Origin: a virus
Lineage: Duplodnaviria; Caudoviricetes
DNA: 64,000 bases
Reading direction: 5' to 3' (one strand)
IMG/VR virus record: IMGVR_UViG_3300027769_000025
Span: 18,322 to 82,321 of that record
Part shown: piece after piece, positions 29,468-37,878 of the stretch
Layout of the letters: every line of letters starts with the position of its first letter
Position numbering within the stretch: the first letter of the stretch is position 1
Notes under the pieces: generated by a model
Told to the model about the DNA's origin: nothing
Database searches by the model: none
Seen by the model: the letters and a program-made list of their open reading frames with translations, nothing else
Program-made: the position numbers and the translations under genes

Positions 29468-30235
29468 ATGGCACGAAGAAAAAAAATAGAATTTTTGATG
29501 AACACCGATTGGATGTTCGAAAAACCTATTGATAGAGAATACAAAGAATACAAACTACTTTCTTATTTCCAAAAGATGGGAGATAAACTCGATAAATTAG
29601 AGTTATATCCAGGATTTATTGAATTATCATTACACTTAATGAATATACAAGCTCTTATGAGAGATAAGAAAATTGTCTACACGGATAAAAAATTGAACAC
29701 CGTAGATGATGAGATTATGGTTAAGGATCTAAAAGTCAAAGATGCCCCAACCATGTCCGATGAAGAAAATGAAGAATTTAGGAAAATCTTATCTTATTCA
29801 GCACCAAGAATTATGGAATACTTTAATGTTGCAAAGTCTGTTTGGACAATAGTATTTGATTCTTTGGATATGAAAATCAAAAGAAATAAAAAAAATATCT
29901 TACACCCAAAAGGTTATTTCTTTTATACTGAAACAGAAAGTAAAAAAACTTATGTGTGGGAGTACATTATAAAGAAAGAAACAAAAAGTAACCCACAAAG
30001 AATGGCAAATATAAATTTAATTTATTTCGATGAGATCGGAGAGTTGACCATTCCAAAGATAATATCTACATTTTCTACATACGAACCAAAAGACAAGAGA
30101 ATGGGACCAGTATTTCAAATGTCATCAAACGGAATTTTTCCTGTTAATGAAACATTATTACCCCTATTCAAAAGAAGAATTGCGGGACTTATATCACAAA
30201 CAAAAAACCAAGAAGAAAAACAAGAAACAGAATAA
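29468..30235 (+). CDS. Hypothetical protein
   Basis: ORF track. Confidence 0.75.
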   Translation: MARRKKIEFLMNTDWMFEKPIDREYKEYKLLSYFQKMGDKLDKLELYPGFIELSLHLMNIQALMRDKKIVYTDKKLNTVDDEIMVKDLKVKDAPTMSDEENEEFRKILSYSAPRIMEYFNVAKSVWTIVFDSLDMKIKRNKKNILHPKGYFFYTETESKKTYVWEYIIKKETKSNPQRMANINLIYFDEIGELTIPKIISTFSTYEPKDKRMGPVFQMSSNGIFPVNETLLPLFKRRIAGLISQTKNQEEKQETE

Positions 30236-30238
30236 GTT

Positions 30239-30421
30239 ATGGGATTTAATAAGAGAATTTTAAAGAAAGAAAACATTTTAAAAAACCTCCCAAACCTTAT
30301 GACCTATTTGGACGCCGATGCAATAATTTGTACCGACGATTTCTCACGCAAAGTTTATGGGTTATTTCGTGACGGGTTTTCAAAAGAAGAAATAATAAAT
30401 TTAATAGATAAAATGAAATGA
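30239..30421 (+). CDS. Hypothetical protein
   Basis: ORF track; coupled to glutamine synthetase start. Confidence 0.55.
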   Translation: MGFNKRILKKENILKNLPNLMTYLDADAIICTDDFSRKVYGLFRDGFSKEEIINLIDKMK

Positions 30422-31551
30422 AAATAAAATTGGAATATGTTTGGTTGGACGGATATAAGCCTGAACCTAACCTAAGAAGTAAAGTTAAGATTGTTGATTA
30501 TGAATCTGTCAAGAATGCATTACTTGATGGAAATTTTCCTATGTGGAATTTTGACGGATCATCAACTTTACAGGCTGAAACAGGAAATTCAGATCGTTTG
30601 TTAAAACCTGTGAGACATTACTTACCATCTAATTTTCCACTTAAAAACAACACCGTTTATGTTTTATGTGAAGTATTAAATTCAGATGGAATACCACACG
30701 AATCAAACAAAAGATCAAGTATTGGTGAAGGTTTTGAAGATCTTTGGTTTGGTTTTGAACAAGAATATTTTATTCGTGAAGAAGTTAATGGTAACATTTT
30801 AGGTCACAAGAGAAACATTCTTAAAGGTCAAGGTGAATATTACTGTGGTGTTGGTCAAAACGTTGTTGGTCGTGATTTTGTTGAAGAACATTTAGACATG
30901 TGTTTGTATTATGGGATTGATATTACTGGAATCAATGCTGAGGTTGCTTTAGGTCAATGGGAATATCAAGTGTTTTCTCAAGGTAAATTAAAAGGTGGTG
31001 ACGATCTTTGGATGACTAGATACTTCCTCTTCAAGATTGCTGAGAAGTACGGATACCATATCGAACTTCACCCAAAACCAATCACACACGGAGAATGGAA
31101 TGGTTCAGGTCTTCATACAAACTTCTCAACAGACATGATGAGACTTGAAGGGAATGAACAATATTTCATGGCATTATTTAACGCATTTGAATCAAGACAT
31201 GAAGATCATATCAAAGCTTACGGATCAAACAATCACTTACGATTGACAGGTGAATATGAAACTCAGGCGATGGATAAATTCAGTTGGGGAGTATCTGATC
31301 GTGGAGCATCAATTAGAGTTCCTCAGGACACGGCAAAAGAATGGAAAGGGTATGTTGAAGATCGTAGACCAGGCTCAAATGCGGATCCATATAAGATTAT
31401 TCGTGAAATTGTTAAATCACTTGATGTTACACAACAAATATATGATACAAAACATATGATGACCTCATTTGTTGATATGGATGGTCTTACCGGAAAATAC
31501 GGTACAATGTCTAACGATGAGTTATTAAAAGAATATAGAGAAGAAGAATAA
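30418..31551 (+). CDS. glnII: Glutamine synthetase type II
   Basis: KLEYVWLDG, WNFDGSST, WFGFEQEY, GINAEVALGQWEYQ, HPKP..WNGSGLHTNFST, RLTG.YET, DRGASIRVP, EDRRPGSNADPY. Confidence 0.92.
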   Translation: MKIKLEYVWLDGYKPEPNLRSKVKIVDYESVKNALLDGNFPMWNFDGSSTLQAETGNSDRLLKPVRHYLPSNFPLKNNTVYVLCEVLNSDGIPHESNKRSSIGEGFEDLWFGFEQEYFIREEVNGNILGHKRNILKGQGEYYCGVGQNVVGRDFVEEHLDMCLYYGIDITGINAEVALGQWEYQVFSQGKLKGGDDLWMTRYFLFKIAEKYGYHIELHPKPITHGEWNGSGLHTNFSTDMMRLEGNEQYFMALFNAFESRHEDHIKAYGSNNHLRLTGEYETQAMDKFSWGVSDRGASIRVPQDTAKEWKGYVEDRRPGSNADPYKIIREIVKSLDVTQQIYDTKHMMTSFVDMDGLTGKYGTMSNDELLKEYREEE

Positions 31552-31820
31552 TGGAAAAAGAATGTGTATGTGGAGGAACGGGACTTTGTCAGTGTCCACC
31601 AATTAAAGTAGAACAAGTAAACCACCCACAGCATTATGGTGGTGAGAATAACCCTTACGAAGCAATTAAAGTTATTGACGCTTGGGATTTAGGATTTAGT
31701 TTAGGAAATACAGTAAAATATATAAGCCGTGCAGGAAAGAAAGGAAAAGATAAAGAACTTGAGGACCTCAGAAAAGCACTCTGGTACCTCCAACACCACA
31801 TCGAAACACTCGAAAAGTAA
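31551..31820 (+). CDS. DUF3310 family protein
   Basis: VNHPQHY, GFSLGNTVKYISRAGKK, EDLRKALWYL. Confidence 0.85.
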   Translation: MEKECVCGGTGLCQCPPIKVEQVNHPQHYGGENNPYEAIKVIDAWDLGFSLGNTVKYISRAGKKGKDKELEDLRKALWYLQHHIETLEK

Positions 31821-32124
31821 AACAGGTTTTGATAAAGAGATTAATGTTTGGGATGCTCTTACAACACCAAACGAATTACTAAGAGAAACCCTAATTAATT
31901 TTATGTGGGGGTTTTTAGGAAACTCAATTGTAGTTTTTGCGGCCAAAGAACTGGATTTTTTAGTTCTTATAAATTATATTGTTTATTACATACTGATTTC
32001 TTATATTGTGAATAGGAAGAAATATGAAACCATGTTAGGTAAATTTATTATTCTTCCAGGATCCGCCGCGGCAGGAGCATTCACAGGTTATAAGTTGGCA
32101 CAATTAATTTCAAATTTTATTTAA
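31729..32124 (+). CDS. Membrane protein (start uncertain)
   Basis: Three hydrophobic helices; track start overlaps the DUF3310 gene. Confidence 0.55.
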   Translation: MQERKEKIKNLRTSEKHSGTSNTTSKHSKSKTGFDKEINVWDALTTPNELLRETLINFMWGFLGNSIVVFAAKELDFLVLINYIVYYILISYIVNRKKYETMLGKFIILPGSAAAGAFTGYKLAQLISNFI

Positions 32125-32126
32125 TA

Positions 32127-32276
32127 ATGGAAAAAGACTGGAACCCAAACGACTTTCAAGGAAGATCAAAAGATCAAATGGAAAGAAACTATAGAATTTT
32201 TGCAATTCTAATTACATTATCGTGGTTAGTTGGGACCGGACTTGTTTTATTAAAATTAATTAGTTACATTTTTTAA
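32127..32276 (+). CDS. Small membrane protein (49 aa)
   Basis: MEKDWNPNDFQGRS...IFAILITLSWLVGTGLVLL. Confidence 0.55.
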   Translation: MEKDWNPNDFQGRSKDQMERNYRIFAILITLSWLVGTGLVLLKLISYIF

Positions 32277-32287
32277 TCTATAATAAT

Positions 32288-32818
32288 ATGAAATACTACA
32301 AAATTACAATAGGTGGTAAAGGTGCTGAAGTTTACCCCTTCCAATTGAACACAGAACAATATGAAGCTCTACGAGATGGTGGTGTTGAGCAAGATGAATT
32401 GGATCACGATCAGATATGTGAAATTTTGGGGGTTGATACTTTTTTTGATTCACCAAACGAATCTATTATGGGCCCATATCCCGACGCATTCTTTGTGAAA
32501 GTTGAGGACGAGGAAGGGAATGTTGTTTATCAAAGTGAGGAATTTGATAACGAAAAAAGTGATTATGAAGAACAATATTGTGGTGAGGTTGCTTACCTAA
32601 TCATCGAAGACTATTGTAAGGGAGAACACCTTGTTTACGATATTCCATTAGAAGAGGACTTCGAGATCGATAAGCTAAGATTCAAAGTTGATGACATTGG
32701 ATGTAGAGTTGAGGTAGTAAGTGGTATACTATACGAAGAAAAAGAATACAAAATATATAAATCATTTGGTGATACATCCAGTAAAGGATACTACTACCAT
32801 TTAACAGCAGGAATTTAA
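32288..32818 (+). CDS. Hypothetical protein
   Basis: ORF track. Confidence 0.7.
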   Translation: MKYYKITIGGKGAEVYPFQLNTEQYEALRDGGVEQDELDHDQICEILGVDTFFDSPNESIMGPYPDAFFVKVEDEEGNVVYQSEEFDNEKSDYEEQYCGEVAYLIIEDYCKGEHLVYDIPLEEDFEIDKLRFKVDDIGCRVEVVSGILYEEKEYKIYKSFGDTSSKGYYYHLTAGI

Positions 32819-32821
32819 ATA

Positions 32822-33673
32822 ATGATAGAAACAGGAAAAATAATTAACGGAGATTGTGTTGAGGTAATGAAAACATTGCCTGAAGGATCTGTGGATTTAA
32901 TTGTAACGTCTCCACCCTACGGAGTTGGGATTGCTTACGATGTTCACGAAGATGACGTTGAGTTTAACGAGTATGTTGAGTTTGCAAAGTCTTGGTTATC
33001 TGAGGCCTATCGACTACTAAAAGATGATGGAAGAATTGCTCTTAACATTCCTTACGAAATCAATCGTCAAAAAAAAGGTGGACGTATTTTCTTTGTGTCG
33101 GAGATGTGGCAGATCATGAAAGAAATTGGTTATGGTTTCTTTGGTATTGTTGATCTTGAAGAACAATCACCACATAGAAGTAAAACCACTGCTTGGGGAT
33201 CTTGGATGAGCCCAAGTTCACCGTACATTTATAACCCAAAAGAATGTGTCATTTTAGCATACAAAAACAAACACATTAAAAAAATCAAAGGTCAACCACA
33301 ATGGACTGGAGAATTAACTGAAATTGAAAATGAAGATGGTTCAAAAAGGAACAAAATGGTATATGACGAGAATGATAAGAAAGAATTTATGGAACTTGTG
33401 TTTGGTCAGTGGAATTACTTTGCAGATACTAAATCACTCACCAAGGCAACTTTCTCGATGGACATACCAACTAAAGCGATTAAGATATTATCCTACAAAA
33501 ACGATGTAGTTTTAGATCCATTTGCAGGTTCAGGAACTAGTTTAGTGGCGGCTGAAATATTGGATAGAAGATGGTTGGGAATTGAGTTATCACCAAACTA
33601 TTGTGATGTCGCTCGAGGAAGAGTCCAAGTTTTTGTTGATGAAAAAACAAAAGTAAAAATTGAAAGTGAGTGA
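32822..33673 (+). CDS. DNA N4-cytosine/N6-adenine methyltransferase (beta class)
   Basis: IVTSPPY catalytic motif precedes VLDPFAGSGT SAM-binding motif. Confidence 0.9.
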   Translation: MIETGKIINGDCVEVMKTLPEGSVDLIVTSPPYGVGIAYDVHEDDVEFNEYVEFAKSWLSEAYRLLKDDGRIALNIPYEINRQKKGGRIFFVSEMWQIMKEIGYGFFGIVDLEEQSPHRSKTTAWGSWMSPSSPYIYNPKECVILAYKNKHIKKIKGQPQWTGELTEIENEDGSKRNKMVYDENDKKEFMELVFGQWNYFADTKSLTKATFSMDIPTKAIKILSYKNDVVLDPFAGSGTSLVAAEILDRRWLGIELSPNYCDVARGRVQVFVDEKTKVKIESE

Positions 33674-33685
33674 TATTTATATGAT

Positions 33686-33874
33686 ATGAAAAACTATTTA
33701 ATCAACGAGAAACAACTTAAGAGAATTCTTGAACAAGTTGAGGATGAAGAAAACAAATCAGAAGATGATCAAACTAATGACGAAACTGTAAGTAGTGGTT
33801 TTTTTGACGATATCGTAAAAAAACCTTTGGACTCTAGTGATCCTTTGAAAATGTTTTTTGATTCCCTAAATTAA
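33686..33874 (+). CDS. Small protein with YLINEKQL N-terminus
   Basis: ATATTTAT 5 nt upstream. Confidence 0.6.
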   Translation: MKNYLINEKQLKRILEQVEDEENKSEDDQTNDETVSSGFFDDIVKKPLDSSDPLKMFFDSLN

Positions 33875-34210
33875 TTCAATCAGGTCATCTTCTTTAATAT
33901 TGTATTTTTTACAAGTATTAGAAGGTAATTCTAAGATCATATCACCTTCACCAGAATAGTGTTCACAATCGTCAGAGTAACATGGTTTACAGTTATGATG
34001 TATCTTTGTTATTTTATTACCATTTATAAAAAGTATGTCTAAATGAATAATACAATTCTTCATCCAAAAAGAATGAGGTTCATTTTTCATTAGAAACAAC
34101 ATACCATCAAACGTATCATCGAATTTTTTATTCATCATACCTTGTTGAGTATCTTTATCAGTAAAAACAGTTTTTAGGTTAAAAAGATTATTATTTATTT
34201 TTGCCTTCAT
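33866..34210 (-). CDS. DUF192 family protein
   Basis: GMLF, FWMKN..LDILFI, ILELP motifs. Confidence 0.85.
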   Translation of the reverse strand: MKAKINNNLFNLKTVFTDKDTQQGMMNKKFDDTFDGMLFLMKNEPHSFWMKNCIIHLDILFINGNKITKIHHNCKPCYSDDCEHYSGEGDMILELPSNTCKKYNIKEDDLIELI

Positions 34211-34222
34211 ATTTATAAATAT
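34209..34222. promoter_or_regulatory. Palindromic bidirectional promoter candidate ATATTTATAAATAT
   Basis: Perfect palindrome containing ATATTTAT on both strands between divergent starts at 34210 and 34225. Confidence 0.55.
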
Positions 34223-34224
34223 CT

Positions 34225-34641
34225 ATGAAAAAGTTTAGAAGAAGTTCTGGTGTTATTTTAAAACATGGTGATGAAGTTTTACTTTGTAAACGATCACCAA
34301 AAGAAACATTACCAAATATTTGGTCCATACCGGGTGGTGGAATTGAAAATGGTGAAACGCCAGGTCAAGCTGCAATTCGAGAGTTCCATGAGGAGACAAA
34401 TATTGAAATAGGAACGGATTTGGATCTTGTTGGTATAATTGATAACTTTAATGATGACGGGACCAAAAGAGGTATGATGTTTGTGTTTTTACAAAACATT
34501 AAAGAAAAAAAAGATCCTGAACTTTCTAAGGCATCACATGGTCACGAACACACGTCTTGTAAATATTTTAAATCTGAAGATATTCCTGAACAGAAAGGGA
34601 GTGAACAACTCTACAAAATTTTAAAAAAAGTTTTCAAATAG
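34225..34641 (+). CDS. NUDIX hydrolase
   Basis: WSIPGGGIENGETPGQAAIREFHEET Nudix box. Confidence 0.9.
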   Translation: MKKFRRSSGVILKHGDEVLLCKRSPKETLPNIWSIPGGGIENGETPGQAAIREFHEETNIEIGTDLDLVGIIDNFNDDGTKRGMMFVFLQNIKEKKDPELSKASHGHEHTSCKYFKSEDIPEQKGSEQLYKILKKVFK

Positions 34642-34687
34642 GAGATTAAAACAAAAATTTTTATTATATTTGTAGAAATAATTACAG

Positions 34688-34963
34688 ATGATAAAGACGA
34701 CCTTAAACCATAACATTAAAATCATGAACGAAAAATTCGGAACTTTGCTTTCTGAATCATTCGTAGACCCAATCCAATTTAAGATCTTCTTGAAGATGGT
34801 AGACGGAGCATTGAACTTAGGTGAGGATTTATCTTACTTTGATGGTAATACTTTCTTGGTTCACATACCAAATAAGATCCTCAAAGAATCTGTTATTTTA
34901 ACAAACGCAACTGAGATTAGTTTGGTAGAACAAGTTAGAAACAAAATTGAAAGTTTAGTATGA
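34688..34963 (+). CDS. Hypothetical protein
   Basis: ORF track; TATATTTG upstream. Confidence 0.65.
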   Translation: MIKTTLNHNIKIMNEKFGTLLSESFVDPIQFKIFLKMVDGALNLGEDLSYFDGNTFLVHIPNKILKESVILTNATEISLVEQVRNKIESLV

Positions 34964-35397
34964 TGAAGTCATTTGTATTTTTTTTATTTAGTAACATTTT
35001 ATTAACTTCTTGTATCAAAGAAGATATTAAACCTCAACAACCATTGAGTCCTCAACCTATAATCACTGACACTGTATTAGTTGATTCTACATTATCAATG
35101 GCAGGACAAACTTGGGTAATCAAAAAAGTTTTGAACACTGATTTTGATGATGACTTAAGATCTGACACTTTAATTTTTATCGATGTTGATGATTATACTT
35201 TTAATGGGTATCCATCCAAATATAGATTAACAACAACATCAACTACATACAATTTAACATTATACGATACACCTTGGGGTAGTATTAGTGGAAATTTAAT
35301 AAATTTTAATATTGTTTCAGGTACAATAGAAAGCAAACCATTTAATGACATACTTGGTATATACGGTGAGACAAAAATATGGATGTATAGGTTATAG
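34960..35397 (+). CDS. Putative lipoprotein
   Basis: Signal peptide with lipobox LTSC. Confidence 0.65.
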   Translation: MMKSFVFFLFSNILLTSCIKEDIKPQQPLSPQPIITDTVLVDSTLSMAGQTWVIKKVLNTDFDDDLRSDTLIFIDVDDYTFNGYPSKYRLTTTSTTYNLTLYDTPWGSISGNLINFNIVSGTIESKPFNDILGIYGETKIWMYRL

Positions 35398-35458
35398 TTT
35401 CCTTGTTCTATAAAAATAAGGTGGTGGAGAAGCTGACATTCAATGTTGGCCCTAAAAT

Positions 35459-35486
35459 AAAAGGTGGGATTATCTCACCTTTTTTT
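35459..35486 (+). terminator. Rho-independent terminator
   Basis: AAAAGGTGGGA-TTA-TCTCACCTTTTTTT. Confidence 0.75.
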
Positions 35487-35520
35487 GTTTTTCATATATT
35501 TATATAATAAAAAATTTGAT

Positions 35521-36465
35521 ATGAAAAATAAATTTATTTTAACAGAAGAAGAATCTAAAAGAATTCTTTCTTTACACAAACAAAAAATCCAAGAAGAAAG
35601 AGGGGATATTGAAGAACAAAATATTGATCAAGGTTTTAAAAATACTAGAATTGGAGGATCGGCGCTTGCTGGTGCTGGAACAGGTGCCGGTATTGGGGCA
35701 CTTTCGTTTGGACCTCCAGGAGCTATTGTTGGTGCTGTTGTTGGTCTAGGTGTTGGTGCTTTAACTGGTTGGTTGACAGTGGGTGGTGGATATTATGATA
35801 GAGTTGCAAAATCATTTAAATTTTGTCGTGAGAATAGAAAAAATATGGGTAAACCTGTAAATTCTCGTGAAAAACTTGAAGACATTGCGGACTTTCTAAG
35901 AACTGCAGTCACTGGAGTGGGTACTGATGAAGCATTAATTGCAAAAAACTTAAGAAAATTAAAAACAATACCTGACTTTTGTGCTCTAAGTAAAATTTAT
36001 TATGAAAGATTTACTGAAACATTATTAGAAGCTCTAGACGGTGATATAGATCAAGACAATGAATGGAGAGATTATGTTTGGTTACCAATTTCTGAATTAG
36101 CAAAAAATACTAAAAAAATCCCAAAACCCCTTGATGATACACAACTTAGAATTAATGCTGCGAAATGTGGTTGGGGTGATGACGTTGACGGTTATAGAAA
36201 ATCAGGTTGGAGATGTCCAAAAAGTAAAACACCTGTACCTGTTGTTCCACCTGTACCTGTTGTTCCACCAAGACCAGGAAAAAGATACTACTTCAATTAC
36301 CAAGACGCAATAAACGCATTGAATAAAAAAGGATGTCCTACTGGAGCTGGTGGTGAAGAGGGTAAAAAAGAAGATGGATTCGCCGATGATTGGAGAGTAC
36401 CTCAAGCGGATCAAAAAGTTGATCCTGTAGTTTCATCTGACGATTTTTCAAATTGGTCTAAATAA
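35521..36465 (+). CDS. Protein with glycine-zipper segment and annexin-like repeat
   Basis: ATG 35521; GAGTGAGIGALSFGPPGAIVGAVVGLGVG; LRTAVTGVGTDEALI..YYERFTETLLEALDGD. Confidence 0.7.
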   Translation: MKNKFILTEEESKRILSLHKQKIQEERGDIEEQNIDQGFKNTRIGGSALAGAGTGAGIGALSFGPPGAIVGAVVGLGVGALTGWLTVGGGYYDRVAKSFKFCRENRKNMGKPVNSREKLEDIADFLRTAVTGVGTDEALIAKNLRKLKTIPDFCALSKIYYERFTETLLEALDGDIDQDNEWRDYVWLPISELAKNTKKIPKPLDDTQLRINAAKCGWGDDVDGYRKSGWRCPKSKTPVPVVPPVPVVPPRPGKRYYFNYQDAINALNKKGCPTGAGGEEGKKEDGFADDWRVPQADQKVDPVVSSDDFSNWSK

Positions 36466-36481
36466 AAAAAAACAAATAACT

Positions 36482-36706
36482 ATGAGCAAGATTAAATTAA
36501 CAGAAAGTCAATACAACAAATTAAAAAATAATATTGTTGAATCCGCATTAATTACTGAAGCATCAAATACGAGAGAAGAGGTGATGACAGTTCAAAAAGC
36601 ATTAAATAAATGCTTTAAAGCTGGTCTAGTTGAAGACGGAATTTGTGGAAAAAATACAAAATCTGCAATTGAGAGATACTTAGGAATTCCGGTTATGGAA
36701 GTTTAA
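36482..36706 (+). CDS. Small peptidoglycan-binding domain protein
   Basis: VMTVQKALN..LVEDGICGKNTKSAI; KIKLTESQY N-terminus. Confidence 0.7.
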   Translation: MSKIKLTESQYNKLKNNIVESALITEASNTREEVMTVQKALNKCFKAGLVEDGICGKNTKSAIERYLGIPVMEV

Positions 36707-36727
36707 GTTTAGTATCGTAAAAATAAT

Positions 36728-36752
36728 AAAGGGAGTTAAACTCCCTTTTTTT
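36728..36752 (+). terminator. Rho-independent terminator
   Basis: AAAGGGAG-TTAAA-CTCCCTTTTTTT. Confidence 0.8.
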
Positions 36753-36779
36753 ATGTAATTTTTTTCATATCTTTGTATT

Positions 36780-37199
36780 ATGGAAAAAGTATTATATATC
36801 GTTAGAGGAATACCGGGTAGCGGTAAATCAACATTTGCAAAAAGATTGGTTGGTGAAGATTTTTTAGTTTGTGAAGCAGACAAATATTTCATCAATCAAG
36901 AAAATGGTAAATACGAATTTGATATTTCTAAAATCAAAGACGCACATAAATGGTGTCAAAATTTAGTAGAAAATTACATGAAAGATAATATGATTAATGA
37001 TCAGTATTATCTTGAAATTGCGGTATCAAATACCTTTACTCAAGAGTGGGAGATGGAGCCTTACCTTGAACTAGCGAAAACCTATGGATATAAAGTATTT
37101 TCAATTGTAGTTGAAAACAGACACGGGGGAATAAATCAACATGGAGTTCCTGAAGACAAATTAGAACAAATGAAAAACCGTTTTGAAATAAAATTATGA
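36780..37199 (+). CDS. P-loop kinase (AAA_33 / polynucleotide-kinase-like)
   Basis: IVRGIPGSGKST, EADKYF, AHKWCQ, VSNTF, HGVPED. Confidence 0.8.
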   Translation: MEKVLYIVRGIPGSGKSTFAKRLVGEDFLVCEADKYFINQENGKYEFDISKIKDAHKWCQNLVENYMKDNMINDQYYLEIAVSNTFTQEWEMEPYLELAKTYGYKVFSIVVENRHGGINQHGVPEDKLEQMKNRFEIKL

Positions 37200-37852
37200 C
37201 AAAATTTGATAAATTACTAACATCTGGTATTGTTTGGATTACATCTGACACGCACTACCACCATAAAAATATTTGTCGAGGTGTTACCAATTGGAGAACA
37301 AAAGATGGTAAAATTCCTATCGACCAAACAAGGAATTTTCAAGATTTGGATGAGATGGATTCGGTTATTATTAACAATATCAATCAAAAAGTTGGACCAA
37401 ATGATACTTTAATTCATTTAGGTGATGTTGCTTTTGGTGGATTTGAAAAGATAGGTGAGTTTTTAGATCGTCTTGTTTGTAAAAATGTCCATCTTGTTTT
37501 AGGTAATCACGATCAACACATAACTAAGAATAGAGAAAATATAAGAGACAGGTTTTTATCTGTTTCTAACTATTTGGAGGTAAGTATAGATGATGTTAAT
37601 TTTGTTTTATCTCATTATCCATTTGCTAGTTGGAATAAGTTGGGTAAAGGATCAATTCATCTTCACGGACACGTTCATTTCTCGGCTAAAGATAAATGGG
37701 GTAAAGGAAAACGATTGGATGTTGGTATGGATGGTAATGGATATTTTCCTTATAAAATTACTGAGATAGTTCATATGATGGACCGTCGTCAGATTAGATC
37801 TGAAATGGATTTGGATCACCACCTTGATGATATAGTTGGGGTTGTGGGTTAA
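37196..37852 (+). CDS. Calcineurin-like metallophosphoesterase
   Basis: SDTHYHH, HLGDV, GNHD, HYP, HGHVH, DVGMD. Confidence 0.88.
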   Translation: MTKFDKLLTSGIVWITSDTHYHHKNICRGVTNWRTKDGKIPIDQTRNFQDLDEMDSVIINNINQKVGPNDTLIHLGDVAFGGFEKIGEFLDRLVCKNVHLVLGNHDQHITKNRENIRDRFLSVSNYLEVSIDDVNFVLSHYPFASWNKLGKGSIHLHGHVHFSAKDKWGKGKRLDVGMDGNGYFPYKITEIVHMMDRRQIRSEMDLDHHLDDIVGVVG

Positions 37853-37878
37853 ATCACAACTCCAACATATTTATTGTT

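Noticed and set aside
16598-33673. Restriction-modification systems around the two methyltransferases
   Set aside because: No recognisable endonuclease is adjacent; they look like orphan protective methylases.
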